Source: Nitrospirales bacterium (GTDB lineage: Bacteria; Nitrospirota; Nitrospiria; Nitrospirales; UBA8639). From it: 64,000 nt of DNA. The translations under genes and the position numbers were made by a program. The notes under the pieces are model-generated. The model was not told the DNA's origin and made no database searches. It saw only the letters and a program-made list of their open reading frames with translations. Position 1 is the first letter of the stretch. Every line of letters starts with the position of its first letter. Below are positions 25,381 to 40,450 of this stretch, in pieces. The stretch spans positions 32,001-96,000 of the forward strand of contig CBDBCZ010000016.1 of the NCBI GenBank assembly GCA_965203295.1, in the 5' to 3' direction.

Positions 25381-26930
25381 GTGTGAAAAATCACAATTTT
25401 CGTTAAATAGAAGAAAATATAAGTTAAATATCACGGTTATACTTAAATACTTAGTCTAATATCACATTTTGCTATTCATTCTTCATCAGTAGCAAACTCA
25501 TCTACTCATGATCAACTTGCAGCAGTGCATGCTATTATGTAGATGTGTGGTATATTGTCAAATCAGTGTGACCATAGATAGTGTCTTCAACTGACGTGAC
25601 CCTCATTAGCTCCCAGCATTAAAAAGCCAAACTTGTCAACATGTTGAATACAATTTTATCTACACATCATCAGCTTAATCGCAACAGTTTATTTTGCTTG
25701 TAAAACTGTGTTTGAAGTGTTCCTGTAAAAAAGCATCCCTGCTTTTAGTGTATCCTGGATGGGTATCAGTGATGGGGCCAGAGTTTGGGTGGGGCTTTAA
25801 CAGATGAATAAATTTTGCATTCTAGCTACAAATGTTAAATTTATGCATTATTAAGCAGAGGGCATGGTGTATATTTGTTCCGCGCAATCTAGGAATTTGC
25901 GTAATCTCTAAATTGTGTTGCGCACTCACAGAATCCTGAAATTGCGTTCCAAGCTACTCAAGATTTAGAATGGACACATTTATGCTCCATGTGCATGCTT
26001 CATTGCATCCTGTCACCATAACCCACTAGCGGCGTCTCAATGACCAAATTACAGAGTCATCACTCATAGATTAGGCAAACAGTCCAGTATTCAGTGAGCC
26101 TGATTCCTCCTCAAGATTGTATTAGCTTGTTTGTGCATGCTTGACAATGTACGTATTATACTTGAGTGAGCACACTGGCAAGGTTCCCTTTCAGCTGAGT
26201 GGGTGGGTTACAATTTACAAACTGTGTGGGGTCCTATGCTCAAGCGCTTACACCCTTTGTATGGTATGTTATACTTTTCATGTGGGTATCCAACTGAATG
26301 AAAGCCACTGAAATGTCACTGCAACTATGAATTTGTCTAGTGGTTCATGCGCTTCTGACGTCAAGAAAGATTCCGGAGAAAGATTCCTGCATCGATGTAC
26401 CACATACAGCATTATTTAGCAACACTACATGGTACTGTAGCAGATGTGAGTAGTATATTTGCAGATATTCAGTTAAATTGCTAACTAATTAAAGGTTTAA
26501 CTAGAGATACGTACACGCAGTATAATGCCTCGCGCACGAGCATTCAGTAGGTGTGGTTTGGTTGCGCGTGTTTACAATGTGTGAGAATTTGACAGATAGA
26601 AAGGAGAGGTAGCTAAACGTGCATGAGAATTCGGCGAGTTCATCCTTCTCCAACGGTGGAAATTAACGCGGTGCATGGTTTCTCCAGCGAAAAAGAGCAA
26701 CTGTTGTTAGCTAAAAAGCGTACGCACCTCTGGTCTTTTAGCTTCGATTTTGTATGCCGCTCGTTGCTTTCTATTGCGTAGTGTAGCAAGATGCCCAGCC
26801 CTTTCCCCACTCGTCTCGCCAACGTTGTCGGACTCCGTGACTCGACTTTAGCCGACGCAACACGCCGGCCACGCCATGCGCGGTACGCAGTATAATTGCA
26901 TTCCTAAGCGAGACACATGCATTTATAATA

Positions 26931-27490
26931 TGTTCCGCACGAACCAGGAATTTGCGCAATCCTAGAATCGCGCAATGCAAACTAGAAATCCATACTTTGC
27001 CGCGCAATCCCAGGATTGCGCAGCCAATTCCACTTTTGCGCACATGTGATATTGACACTTATTTAGCTAGCTATAAAAATGCCACGCTCGGTCAGTAATG
27101 CAGCATCTCTGTGGCTTGCAAGCCATCAGTTTCATTCATCCGTCTTTATTGCAAACTGTAGATTGCCAGAATAATTTTACAATGTAATAGTTGTGACAAA
27201 TGGTTTCATTACAAATTTAATGTGTTGGTTTTAACAAATACAATAGCAGACTATCAATAGTTGGCGATTGGTTTTGTAACCACTGCCAGTAGTTTTTGCT
27301 TTCAGCACTTGACTCTTTGTTTATCCCTTTGCTGTCTATACTTTGACGCTTCATGCACTTCATATCAAAATTCGAACTTTGTACGAACGAATTTAGTCTA
27401 CGCAATGCAGGGATTGCGTGCCAAAGTACGGATTCCTACTTTGCGCAGCGCAATCCTAAGTTTGCGCGACTTCCTGGTTTGCGCGGAACA
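26931..27490 (+). mobile_element. 560-bp TGT...ACA TIR element with PHD-finger remnant (Ginger-like, non-autonomous)
   Basis: tgttccgcacgaaccaggaatttgcgcaa ... ttgcgcgacttcctggtttgcgcggaaca in a TA-rich site. Internal QCNSCDKWFH..CVG..DWFCNHC. Copy at ~42682-43280; related single ends at ~25877 and ~40791. Confidence 0.7.
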
Positions 27491-28473
27491 TATATATTAT
27501 ACAAACGCTTGCTGAGATGCGTTACAGGATTAGTCTCCTCGTGCTAAGGCGCTCAGCAATAATAACTATGCCATATCACATCCAAAGGGACCAAAATTGG
27601 GCCAATTCTGCTGGAAGATGTAGCTGGGGGAGGGGGGGGGGGGGGGGGGGGTCAATTTTCCAATGGTCCTTGGACCATTTCTTCCAGGACCAAGATGCCA
27701 GACACATCTGGATTTAGTTGGAACTATATTATTTAGGAAACCAGTTAGCCGCTATAAATTTCTTTCTACATGTATTATATATTTCAGAGGGGGATCAGTG
27801 TGCAACTTGCTGTGTGGTTATAGATTTCTTTAACGTACAGCTTTACTTGTTAAGCTTCAGTCATACCACACACACTACATACACATTTCTGTGACAACCT
27901 CTCGCAATTAATTTATCCTCCAGTATAGAATTGACATGTAGTACATGGACATGTCTACAGCTACATCTACTTGTACACGCGTACATAGCAAGTAGCTCAG
28001 CTGAAAGCTAAAGAGTTTGTGATGTACATGTAATACCTACTGTGCATACATGCAAATAGTATAGAACAAAACAAAAAAAATCGACACCTGTGTCGTAGGG
28101 ATGCTGCTTCTGGAGCTGCAGGGTGAAGCACTGCTGCTGTGAGGCACCTTATCTTCATTTGTAGTCATGGTAGTTGAAAAACATCAATGAAGTCTCATTG
28201 ACCTGCAATAGCAGAATCACATTTACAGTTATATTTAGTATACTTGCCTGCTGTGATAGTCTTGTTTGAAAGGAGGCAACCCATGATACAAGAGCTGCAT
28301 GGCTATGATATGACTGATGCTTAAACATTCTGACAATACAAGTAAAGTTGTACGTTCAAGAAATCTATACCCACACAGCACGTTGCACACTAATCCCCCT
28401 CTGAAATACACTTTCTCATAATCGACATGCATGTAGAAACAAATTCATAGCTGCTAACTGGTTTCCTATATAA

Positions 28474-29803
28474 TGTAACGGAGGTCTCCTCCAGCAGTAT
28501 TTAGCCTTAGGCTGGAGTCGAAGATTGACTCCATTGTAGACAGTATGGCTATTGTGAGCTGTTGTGCATTCTTGTGTTGTCAATGTTTCTGGGCATTCTT
28601 CTGTTGTTCATGTCTGCCAGCATTGTGTTTCTGTCCACCAGCCTGCATTTCTTTCTGAAGCATTCTTTCGTTGTCATGTTAAAGTCTATAAAAGCAGTCC
28701 ATTCTTCTGTAAGACGCTGTTGATCCATTACTGTTGTAAAAAGTCTGTCATCTTTGTTCTGCGCTGCGTGCTCGCTGCTACGGCGAAGTTATAACCCGCG
28801 GGGTTCGCTACAATTGGTGTCAGGAGTGGGATAGCAGATGAGCACGAGAGCAGCTACTAGACAGCAGGAACTGGAAGAACAGCTGGCGAAGCTCATCGGC
28901 ATGATGGGGCAGCAACAAGAGCGCCAGGAGCAGCAGCAAGAGCGGCAGGAGGCGAAGCTCATCGGCATGATGGAGCAACAGCTAGCGGGAGCGACAGGAG
29001 CAGCTCGCGAGTGAGCAGCGGCAGTGGCAAAAGGAGCTGGCCCATCAGCAGGAGCAGCAGCTGGAGCAGCTGGTAGAAAGGCAATGGAAAGTACTGGAAA
29101 ATAAGCAGCTGGAGGGGGAGCAGCAAGTGGAAGCTCTTCAGTGCGATCTAGGACGTACCAAGGATGCCGTGGAGGGCAGATTCCAGACGGCCGAAGGCTG
29201 GCTAGCAAGCTGCAAACCTCGCATCGAGTGCTGGCCGAGGAGATGCGGGAAAGCCAGGCCTCTTTGAGGGAGGAAGTACAGACAAAGCTGGAGACCCTTC
29301 AGAGCGTCGAGAAGAAGTCGCCAGAAACAACGCTCTCTCCGTCGTTGCGCGCATCTGCAGTCGAGCTCGAGGAGACGCGGACAAGTCAGGCATCTGTGAA
29401 ACAGGAACGGCAGACGAAGCCGGAGAGTTCTGAGGAGAAGCCGACGGGGAGCGCGTCCTCTCCTCCCTTGCGGGCATCTGCAGTGGAGTTTATTACTACT
29501 GTGAATTCTTTCCTTGCAGGGGCAGATGACGGCATACATCGAACCTGTACGGGAGGTGGGGTTCTGCATGCAGCGACCACCACCGTACGACGGGCGTTCA
29601 TCTCGGAAGGCCTATATACCGGGCCCAATTCGAGATGTTGAGCCAGCTGAACCACTGGACAGAGACAGAGAAGGCCACACTACTGGCGGTGAGCCTAAGA
29701 GGAGCGGCCCTGACTGTCTTGTCCAATCTCACAAGTGAACGTCGCGGTGACTATAGAGCTTTGGTCATCGCCATGGAGAAGCGCTTTGGAGCCGACCAGT
29801 TTT
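28474..29803 (+). mobile_element. Gypsy LTR retrotransposon 5' fragment (LTR 28474-28812, PBS 28815-28832, decayed gag from 28838)
   Basis: LTR TGTAAC...CTACA is followed by TGGTGTCAGGAGTGGGAT, a tRNA-Leu-type PBS. Gag begins MSTRAATRQQELEEQL (coiled coil) and then has capsid-like PPPYDGRSS...NHWTETEKATLLAVSLRGAALTVL...DYRALVIAMEKRFG. Truncated and absent from unit B. Confidence 0.88.
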
Positions 29804-29980
29804 ACAGACCAGTTTCTGTTTTCCCTTCTTCTTTTTCATTTAGCCCATTTCAATACATGATGGGACACCAGTATCAGATCCCAGTTCTACACACCAAAGA
29901 AGGAATACTCACGGTAGGTTCGATTTGTTGGAATGTAAGTCTGCACTATTGGTTTTATTTGAGTCGGACATTCAATACCA

Positions 29981-30085
29981 TTATTTTTACAGTACTTCTG
30001 AAATTTTTATGATATGTAATTATTTTTACAGTACTTCTGAAATTTTTATGATATGTAATTATTTTTACAGTACTTCTGGAATTTC
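29981..30085. repeat. 39-bp tandem repeat, ~2.7 copies
   Basis: ttatttttacagtacttctgaaatttttatgatatgtaa repeated. Confidence 0.9.
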
Positions 30086-33000
30086 TGTGGGCCATATGAG
30101 TATTATGTTTCCAAAATCTAGACATACATGTGCAGGAGGATTGAGCCCCCCCCCCCCCCCACACACACACACACACACACACACAAAAGCAATCTGGATT
30201 GATTTTAAAATTTCCTTCACACCAGTTGGTACCCATCTAGTGTCTAGTGTAACGTAGCCTCCACACACGCACACACACACTTTTAGTAGCTGTACCCACC
30301 CCTGATGTGACACTCGTTAATTGCATTCAGCCTGCTATGATTACTACAGTATATGTGTGTACATATTGTTATTCTTGGTCCTGTTTTAGGACAGGATGTT
30401 GTGGAACAAAGAGCAAGAGCAGGAGAGGATTCTGAAAGCAACTCTTTGCTACGTATACATGATGCCCTCATTGAGAAGGTATATTAAATATGTTTTACTC
30501 ATGGAATCTCATTCTAGCTACATCCCTGGCCCTCCTACATGCAGGCCAAAATAGATAGCACAGGATAGTTGCTCTTGGCGTCGTAGAACACATTATTGTG
30601 ATGCACATTTTGTATTAAGTGGTTTATTTTCCTTGCTGGAAAACTTGCTGTATACACTCGAAAAGATGGTTAGTCTGAGTGGGCCATCAGCCTGTTCTGA
30701 TCATTGGCCCTTACTTACATGTACATGTACATGTATGTACACAGCTGACTATGTACATACATGTATCTGCTTTTCAAGGTTTGTGTACTGGATTCTGAAA
30801 TACAAGTTGCATACATATTCAGACTACATGCCACGTTTTACAGGATTATCAAGTGCAGTGCCTAACTGACAAGAGTCTGTAGGCTGGCTCTGTTTGAGTC
30901 TGAGAGCCAAAGAAAGGATGCTGTTATAGCTGAACTAAGGAAAGAACTGGCTGCTTACAAGAAGAACCCAAAGGCTAAAGATCTGAGGTATGTAAATTAT
31001 GTGGAAAACAAGGCAGAAATATTGTAGAGACTGCGTATAGCTCTGAACATTCCTACTCTGTCAAAGCTGCGTATGGGCATCATGCATATGAAACACACAC
31101 ACACATTTTCCATCTTAGCTTGTAATAGGCTTTACTAGGTTTGGATCACTCTCTGCTTCATACTAATCATTGCATGTTTAACTGCTCATGTTACATGTAG
31201 TTGTGGTGCTTTCACAGTTAGTTTCAAAGTAATGTATACAATGTTTTGCATACGTAGTTATGTTTCTATGGAGGAGCACCTGGAATCATTTGAAAGTCGT
31301 TTGTAAGAAATGATATCTGGTGTAGAAATGCTGAAGAAACAGGTCTGTATCACTTCAGACTGCCAGTATAAACCTTTATGTATGTATGTACCTACGCACA
31401 TGTATGTATGTTAATTACACATTTGGTCAACAGCATGGGCAGGTGCATGTTGAAACTTACTTGCATACAAAGCATGTGGCATACTACGTTCTACTGTAGA
31501 CCACACGTTTATCCAGAATTTTGAATTGTTATCTTTAACAGCTAGCTGACACTGAGAGCCAACTGCAGTCTGCTACTAGCCGTAGCTCTTCACTCTGGAA
31601 AGAGCTGATGGGCAAGGATGCCACTGTGACTTCACTGACTCAGGAAAACCGGAGATTACAGGAGGAGAGCAAACTTTCTGCATGGCGCTCCTCTCAACTG
31701 AAACAAGAGTGTTGAGAAAGACGTACATCTAATGCTTCCCTTCAAAAGCAGGTCAGCATCATGTTCACTGTATACATATGTGTGTCATGTACATAACATT
31801 GGGTATGGTGATTCTGTGTACATACAGCTCTTGTGTGCATGTACGTCTATGTTTGGTCTAGGGCAATGTACATGTTCACACCTTCCGGATTTTAAAGGTA
31901 TTGTTAACTTGAAGGCCTGGTACTCGGGCAAAAACCTGGGACTATTTATTTGAATTATAAGTGCCCAGTTATGCTTACCAGAAGATTGTGTTAGCAGTAA
32001 AGAAGCTACTTTACTGTATCATACCTCCTAAAACCAGAGCCCAGCTGGGAGTTGAACCCATGCAGGACCTTCTGATTGCTAGTCAGTAGGCAAGTTTTAT
32101 ACGTAGCTACTAAACCCACTAGAAGCAGTCGCCAATATGACCTGCCAATTCTAATTGTGATTACTCTCTTAAGATAGTATCATGCAGCACCCATGTATGT
32201 GTTGCTGCTCTCTTCTGTTATTATGTTTCATGTTGCATACATACAACAGGTGAAAAGTTGACAGAACTAAATAATGATCTTCTAAAGGTAAATGTGTAGA
32301 AAGTAACTGTCAATTATTGGAGTATGGAGAAACAGGATGTTCAAATCATATGTAGTATTCTGAATCACTACGATGCACACTTAGTAATACATTTAATATG
32401 CTTTCAACACTTGATATGTTGTGATTCACTCTCACTTGCTGTCAGGGAGTATGTTTTGAGCTTGTGAAGTACAGTAGAACGGTAGTGCAATTTCACCGGT
32501 TTCCAAAGCTATACTTCCAGCTGCTGCAGTGCATATGTATATGTGTGGGTGTTCAAACTTACGTAACAATAGATGTTAGATTTATGCACTGTGCACTGTC
32601 CTCAAATTGTTAAAGTACATGACTGACATATTTTTAATACATACAAGACATGATTTTGCGAATGATAAGCTGATATTCAGCTTCCTGTTCTTTAGAGATT
32701 AAAACAAAGCCAAGCTAATGAAGAGAAGCTCAGCGCTAATGAATGAAAGAGGAAATCTGAACTTACCAAGAAGAGAAAAGATGATGCTACTGCTAAACAG
32801 GTAAGTAGTATTAAATTGAAACCACATGGCTGTTTTGTAGGTTTATCGTTCATGTATGTAACACTGTCAAGCTCTCATCTTCTCATTAGGTTGACAGCTT
32901 CAATCACAAGATGTTTTAGAAGACCAAGTTTCTGAAGCAAAAGAGAGAGAGAGTAACCGTACTTGATAATGCGAAACATAAAGGTACACATGCGAATATC

Positions 33001-36000
33001 CTTTTGTAAAATACTCTAATGTACTAGGCCGGGTTACGTATATCATAACATTGATCGGTCGTTGGATAACAGTATGAATATGTACTCACCAACTGCTTTC
33101 AGGCTAGTTTGTCCATTACGAGGTGAGAAACATGTTGACCTCCAGTAATAATAGAATGAAGAAATATACTGTATGACAGCTTTTCAATCTCATGACACTA
33201 TACTGAGAGCCACAATCATGCCCATTGCTACATGGTGTGAGATTATATCGCAGGCTGGCTGCTTGAGAATAACTTGTTTATGCTATGCATATGTCATTGT
33301 GTATGGGTGCCGGTGTTATGTATACCCCTGTCACGTGTGTATGCCTCTTGTGCATACAGATGTCCACTTTATGTGAGCAGCTGGTTACACTAGCCTCCAA
33401 CGGGCTGTCTCAGAGCACTGACATCAGCCCTGAAGCAGCTACTAGTGCTGTGACAACACTGGTGGAGGAGAACACACATCTGAAAGAGGACATTGAAAGA
33501 GTGACTCAACAACTAGAGCAGGTTTGACTCTTGCCACATGGAGTTGTGTGTTTCTTGATGCTACTCCAGTAATCTACATTTCCATACACCATGTACGCAG
33601 AAAAACAGTGTACATATTTATTGTATACATATATACCTACATCATTCATTCATTTCTGGAGCACTGTGTTCCGCAAAAAATCAGTAACACACTGTATAAG
33701 TGTATAAGTACGGCAAAGAAGCAGAGGTGCAGGTGTATACGCAGGAAATATGGTTAAGAATCATTGATGTTGTTGCTGGTGGTAATAGAAATACTCTCTG
33801 CATAAACAAACTGATTCATGTAGCATCATCAAACACACTTTGGGAAGTAAAGGTTCCATAGCCTGCTGCATATATATTGAGATCTACGACTGAAACATTC
33901 CTTAATCTTTAGTATAATATACACTCCAGGCCCTATGTTATGGCAGTACTATAATTATAGTAACTACGTATACAGGCACGTATGTATTTTAGTTACTGCG
34001 CATATGTACATATACGTATAATGTGTTTATTGCCACTTCCTGTATTTCATACAGCTGCAAGACAGTCATTCTGCTGTGCGTTCTGGAGTTCATAGTGTTG
34101 TTGAGTGCTTTCTGGGAATGAAGGTGATGCACTTCATTGTAGTAGTAACTTGCATGTAAAAAGTTTTTAATAATATATGGTTGAACAGAAGATCTGGCTC
34201 TTTGCTAGCCAAGGGCACATTTATGAACCCAGAAAAAGTGTGAACTTTTTCTGATTCTATATTAGTACCCTAAAATCCATATGAATTCACATTGAACTAT
34301 ATTGGAGAAAACCTTGCCTGGTTAAGAGCCGGCTAGCTAGCTTGTAAAGTAATGAAAAGTGTGTGAATGGTGAGATTTCTATGTGATAGATACGTTTCTA
34401 CCATACACATATTCAGTTTGTTTAAAGCAGGAGATTATTCAACCTAATTAAGTGCCTATAATTTTATACTGCTTCTAATTCTCTACCTTGAACATTCCTA
34501 CATAATTTATTTCCATAGAGTATACATGTATGAGCATACATATGCCCACTGCTATTCACAGCCTACGTAATCGAAAATTACTGCCCTACTAAAGCCAATA
34601 TTGTTAAACTATGTGCTGTCAAGATGACACCTTTTTATAGGCACTCTTAATGTTACAAGTATCATATGTGCTCTCATCTAAAGACCACATGCACCGTAAC
34701 ATACCCCACAATTAACCCCACAATTAACTGACAATTGGGGTTTGGCAACGTACTGGAGATGGGTTTGGCTCTGCTAGTGACTGAAGGTTAGAATCATAAA
34801 TTCCACCAATTTTAAACAAATTTTGAATGACACATGAAATTTTTCATGTTTTCATGTATCAAACGAAAAGAACAACTGGATACTAAATGTATTTTTCCCA
34901 GGCCAAAATACACATACACACATACACACATACACATGAGCTACATATATATGTAACTGAGGCTCCATGCTGCAACACAACATGAGAGTAGGTGCTACAT
35001 ACTACATATAGCATCGTTCCTAGGCTCTACTTCCCAGCTTTTGTTTTCGCACGTAATAATTATTTTACAATGTACAAAAAAAAACTGGGAAATAAGTAGA
35101 TATGGTTGTCGAGAATGCATCAAAAGTGCAGAAACTGGAATGAATACGCTTATATTATACCCATAGTAATCCTGGTCATGCTGGTCACAACAGTTGTCAA
35201 TATGTAAGTATACTTCTACAGGTTGTCTCGTATTGAAATAGAGCACAGTGAAGCCCTCTCTGGGGCTGTGGCTGCAATGAAACAGGATGAAGAGCAGAGG
35301 CTACTAAAGGTTGTAGAGACGACTAAACAGGAGGAGCAAGTAAGTGACATACAATCATTGTAATATGAGCATATCTCAGACTGGATATTGCATACTGAGT
35401 CATGTACAATGCAAGCGGAATGTTAATAGACGGATGCTCAGATTTGGTGTGTACGTACATGTAGATTAAATGTGTGTGGCTTGCAGAACAAAAATTAATA
35501 ACCAATATTAGGGAATTTTTCGGCCTTTTACAAGTCTGATTCAGAATAAGCATATCTTCTTTAGCCTAATTGTGTTTCTGAGAGTTTCTTGTACCCATGC
35601 AAGTGTTACTAGTGTTGTCCCAGTAGATCAAAGGCATTAGTGTGCTGGACAAAAGTGTTGTCACTATTACATGTACATGCAAACATTCTCAAAACTGCCT
35701 ACCCAAACCTTAACTCAAAGCCGCTTTACTAATGTCGAGAATAGCAGTTTGGAATCTACGTATTTAGCTAGTAGCATCTTAGTCTATCGAGCTAGACCCT
35801 CCTCTATGCTTAGCTAAGCGCAGAGGAGGGTCTAGCTCGATAGACTAGTAGCATCTAAAAAGATACTTGGCTGCTCTTCTAAAACGTGTAATGAAGCAGT
35901 AAGGGAATATGGGGTTTAAGTTGAGGTCTAGTACTAATTGTCTGAATGAAGAGTTAGGAATATAAAAATGATGATAGGCAGTGTTGGTTATGTGGGAAAG

Positions 36001-39000
36001 AATGTGAGAGTGTAGTTCACGTGCTCCGACCGGCAATTCACAGGGACTGGGCACTCAATAGATTGAGTTTTTTTTTGGTCGAGTGGCTAGCCAGCCCTCT
36101 GTGATGGTATCAATAACGTCTGATCAAGTGGCTGGTGAAGTAGTGTCGACATGTTAATATCTATTTGTCTTTGACATGTTAATATCTACTTGTCTTTTAT
36201 GGATTGTATAGAATGTTCACTTATGTTACAAAGATAATTTAATTCTATAACTAATGTAAGAAGAAAACTAGGAGAATAATATGGAGAATAGCAAAAATCT
36301 CAAGCCTGTTAGGCATTCCTTTTCTCATCAGGATATTCTCAGGATCATGAGCAGCCCCAACATAGTAGTATATACGTATGTATGTATCTATGTCTGTTAC
36401 CAAGATGAGCAGCACTAATCCCTTCATCTTGAAGCCCTCTAACTTGGTTGGCCATGATGCTAGTGTGTGTGTGTGGTGATGGCTGATACGTATACCTATT
36501 TTCCATTATGAAAGGAGAAAACAGGCTTTTACTCCCCCAATGGACTGGATGATTGGTGTGTTGTTGCCCTTGATCATAGTGTTTATCCACAACTGGGCCA
36601 AAGTGCTTTACTAGTGATCCTAGTAGTTTATGTATATGGACAATCTTCATTCTCACCCTACCTGCCACGCTAGAATTTTTCCATTTCAAAGCAAGGATCT
36701 CTCCTGGCAGACTGCTGGTGAATCACAGCTACACTAAATTGACACAGTATCCAGGACCATAGTCAGCTGATATGTGATACTTAGTCTACAATGAAAATGG
36801 CACTTCCCAAACAATTGAGTGCAACCTTGAGAATGGAATGTAGTGCATATGGGTGCACTCATTCCCTGGTTCAACTCCGCTGTTTTTATTCACATACATG
36901 TAGCTAGTAAAACAGCACCATTTGGCATTCTGTAACCCACAGCAGCTGGGGTGGAGGCCAGGAACGAAGCTACGTAGGAATGTCCTTTTTTTAGTAGACA
37001 GTGTCAAAATAGTACAGGTATTTCCTCTTATATTAAGGGGAGAAAAGAGTGTAGGGATACACAGTCAAGGGGTTACTTTTTAGAGAGTGTAATCTTCTTC
37101 TAAACCCCTTCCTAATTACCTGCCTGCAATAGCCAAATACTACATGTAATAGTAAGTCTGTGTACCATTCCCAGACCAGTAGTTCTTATATCTCGTGTGC
37201 CCAGACCTACTAATTATAATCACTAGTGCTACGGATACAAACCTGCTGTCTATGAGCTTCATCCACATGTAGTTGTGATTAGCAATCTGCCACATTTCAA
37301 TATATTTATTGCTGTATAATTAACCTATAGAAGAACTCAGTTTTAGAGTGACTGTTGTATGCAATGCAGGAGATGTATCAAAAGCAATTAGAGGAAATGA
37401 AGATACAACTGGAGCATGACAAGGACGTTTCTCTGGAGGAAGAAAAGAGAATTACAGCTACTGTGATGGAGGAGCTGGAACAACTAAAACAGGTACAACA
37501 CAGCTCGTAGTATGTGCAGACAAACACCGGCCTGCACTACTGCATATTAACCCGGAGTGCATGACCTCTCCCAATATCATTATACAAGGCAAGAACGTTC
37601 GTGAAGTAAGTAGTTTAGACTGTACATAGTTGTGTATGCAATTTTCCTAATAGCTGTCTACTACTGCAGCTATTTATCCCAATATTTAGTGAAGATTAAT
37701 ACTGCATTTCACTTCTAGGATAAGGAAGAAATGGAATTGGAATGTGAGGAGAGGAAGGCTCTTCAACTGAAGCTGGTAAGCCACATCTACCTTTGAGTAT
37801 ATCACTTCTGTCTCAGTAATGACTGCAATCAGCACAACTGTGCGTGTTTCTCAAGTTGTAGTGTGTACCATTCTTTACTTAAAAGGCTTCTTCATTAAGA
37901 CTAGGTGGTTGGAGCTAGTAACTTTGAAATAGAATTAATGCTAACTAGAGGTCTTCAAGAAGACATACCCCGCGCTGAATACTGAGACATAGGGCTAGCT
38001 GTGAATTACAGTCAATATTCCAATGGTTTTACAGTAGTGTCTGCACGTAGCTACATTTTTATGCACTACTAATTCAGTGTCCAGAGTGTCTGGAACTACA
38101 TGTACGTGTACTACAGCTTCTGTTATTTTGTTCACTATGTAATGTCAGTAATGACAGGACTCTTCAACAACAATAAGCATATGTACATGCCGCAAGATAC
38201 AGAGTGATAGACGTAAACAGTTACGTACTTGTAGAAGCTGTGGGCATATATCTATTCTCATGTATGGGTCGACACTTAATTACGTGTATATGATAATTAT
38301 AATAATAGTGCGCAAGCCCTTTGACCTGTCCCTAGTGGTACAGACATGCGGAAGTTGGCGAGAGTAACTGAAGTTTGAGGTTTATCACAAGCTGTATTAC
38401 TTTGGAGAGACACTCAAGATCTGGTGTATGATTTAACCTTCCGTCTCAGTCTATGAAACTGGCCTCCGATAGTCACTTGGTCTTGTCACGAGACTAGTCC
38501 TCTAAACGATTGATGTCACAATAACACAATCACATATTTGGATCTGCCCAGCAAGCTGTAGGTGTGTCCCATTGCTGTATTAGCCTACACTGATAATCAG
38601 AAAAAATAAAGGCTACAGAAAATAGAATTACTTTGTGCTTTACCAGATGTATACAAGCTAAAGTATGAAGAATTTATTAAGTTAATTCATGCTTTGAAAT
38701 CATATACATGTAGCCTCTAAATCGCATATCATGAAGATATTTTAATATTTTTATGACAGACGGATGGACAAAACCAATTGCTTAACCCCCACTTGTGCAT
38801 GTTTGGCGCAGGGTATTATTATTTCCATACATGACAGGGTATATAAGCTTGCACATTATGCATCCTGGACTTACATTTATTTCAAAGCTGCATAATAGAC
38901 ACCCACTCTGACTAAATGTGACATAATACGTAATATATCACCTGACAATGCCATTTTTTTCGTGCTACAGTGCACTTTAACATGTACGTACTAAGGGCAC

Positions 39001-39997
39001 TTATTAACCAACCAAGTGTTTCCACACAGGAGAATCTGGAGGAAAGTCTGAGAGAACTTGCAGTGAGCAAATCAGAAGCTCTTGACGTTGCTGAGATGCA
39101 AAAGATTACATTAAAAGAAAAATTGCTTGCGGAAATCGCTTGCTATGAGGTAAGCAGTGTACCGGTATCATGTATGTGTACTTGTAGTGTGAATAGAAAA
39201 GGTGTGCAATGTCCAATCTAACTGCACAATTTAACAACTGATTGGAAAACAGAGTTGTTGTTGGTGGCAGCTGTTTGTTGACACGGGTCAAAATCATGGA
39301 CGGTATCTTTCCATTGGTAAAGTCATGTACATACATACTTTTTCATACTGTGGTCTGGATGTTCTACATGTGCAGGAACAGTCTGACCAGTATGCAGTCA
39401 CTATAGCTGCAATGGAAGAAAAGCTGCTGACCCTAATGAAGAAGTCCCAACTGTTAGAAAAGAAGAATGAGAGCCTGTAACAGTAAATGGCTTTGCATCA
39501 GCAAGTAGCCAGTAATTCAGAAAAGAGAGGCACTGCTACATGTACAGGTAATAATGAATGTATACACATCTATGGGTACCAATACAGACATTCATTGCAG
39601 TATGGATACTTGAATGTAACGCTCCATTTTGTGTTCATGATCATGGACGATTGATCCTTGCACACGTGTAGGTATGTTCATACAGAGCACTGCCCAGAGT
39701 TGTGACCATAGACAAACATTCTGTTTTCAACTTGGGTCATTTGTGGTGCACGTACGCGTAGCTTGCTATGCATGTTTTAATTTAATACGTGAAAAATCTC
39801 CCAGATACAACAATACATGTACATGTAATAAAGGCCTAACTAGTTCCGCTACCTTAGCTAGGTAGCTCAGATTGGGTTATGAGGTGACCATGGATCTGAG
39901 TCCAGATAACATGTACATGTACAGATGAGTGGGGGTTTACAAGAAATTACTTCGAAATTCTCTTGGGGGCATACTCCCCCCCCCCCCCGTATGAAAG

Positions 39998-40450
<453 letters not shown>

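Noticed and set aside
28789..29569. Ala/Cys/Arg-rich minus-strand ORFs
   Set aside because: Antisense shadows of the GC-rich Gypsy gag fragment.
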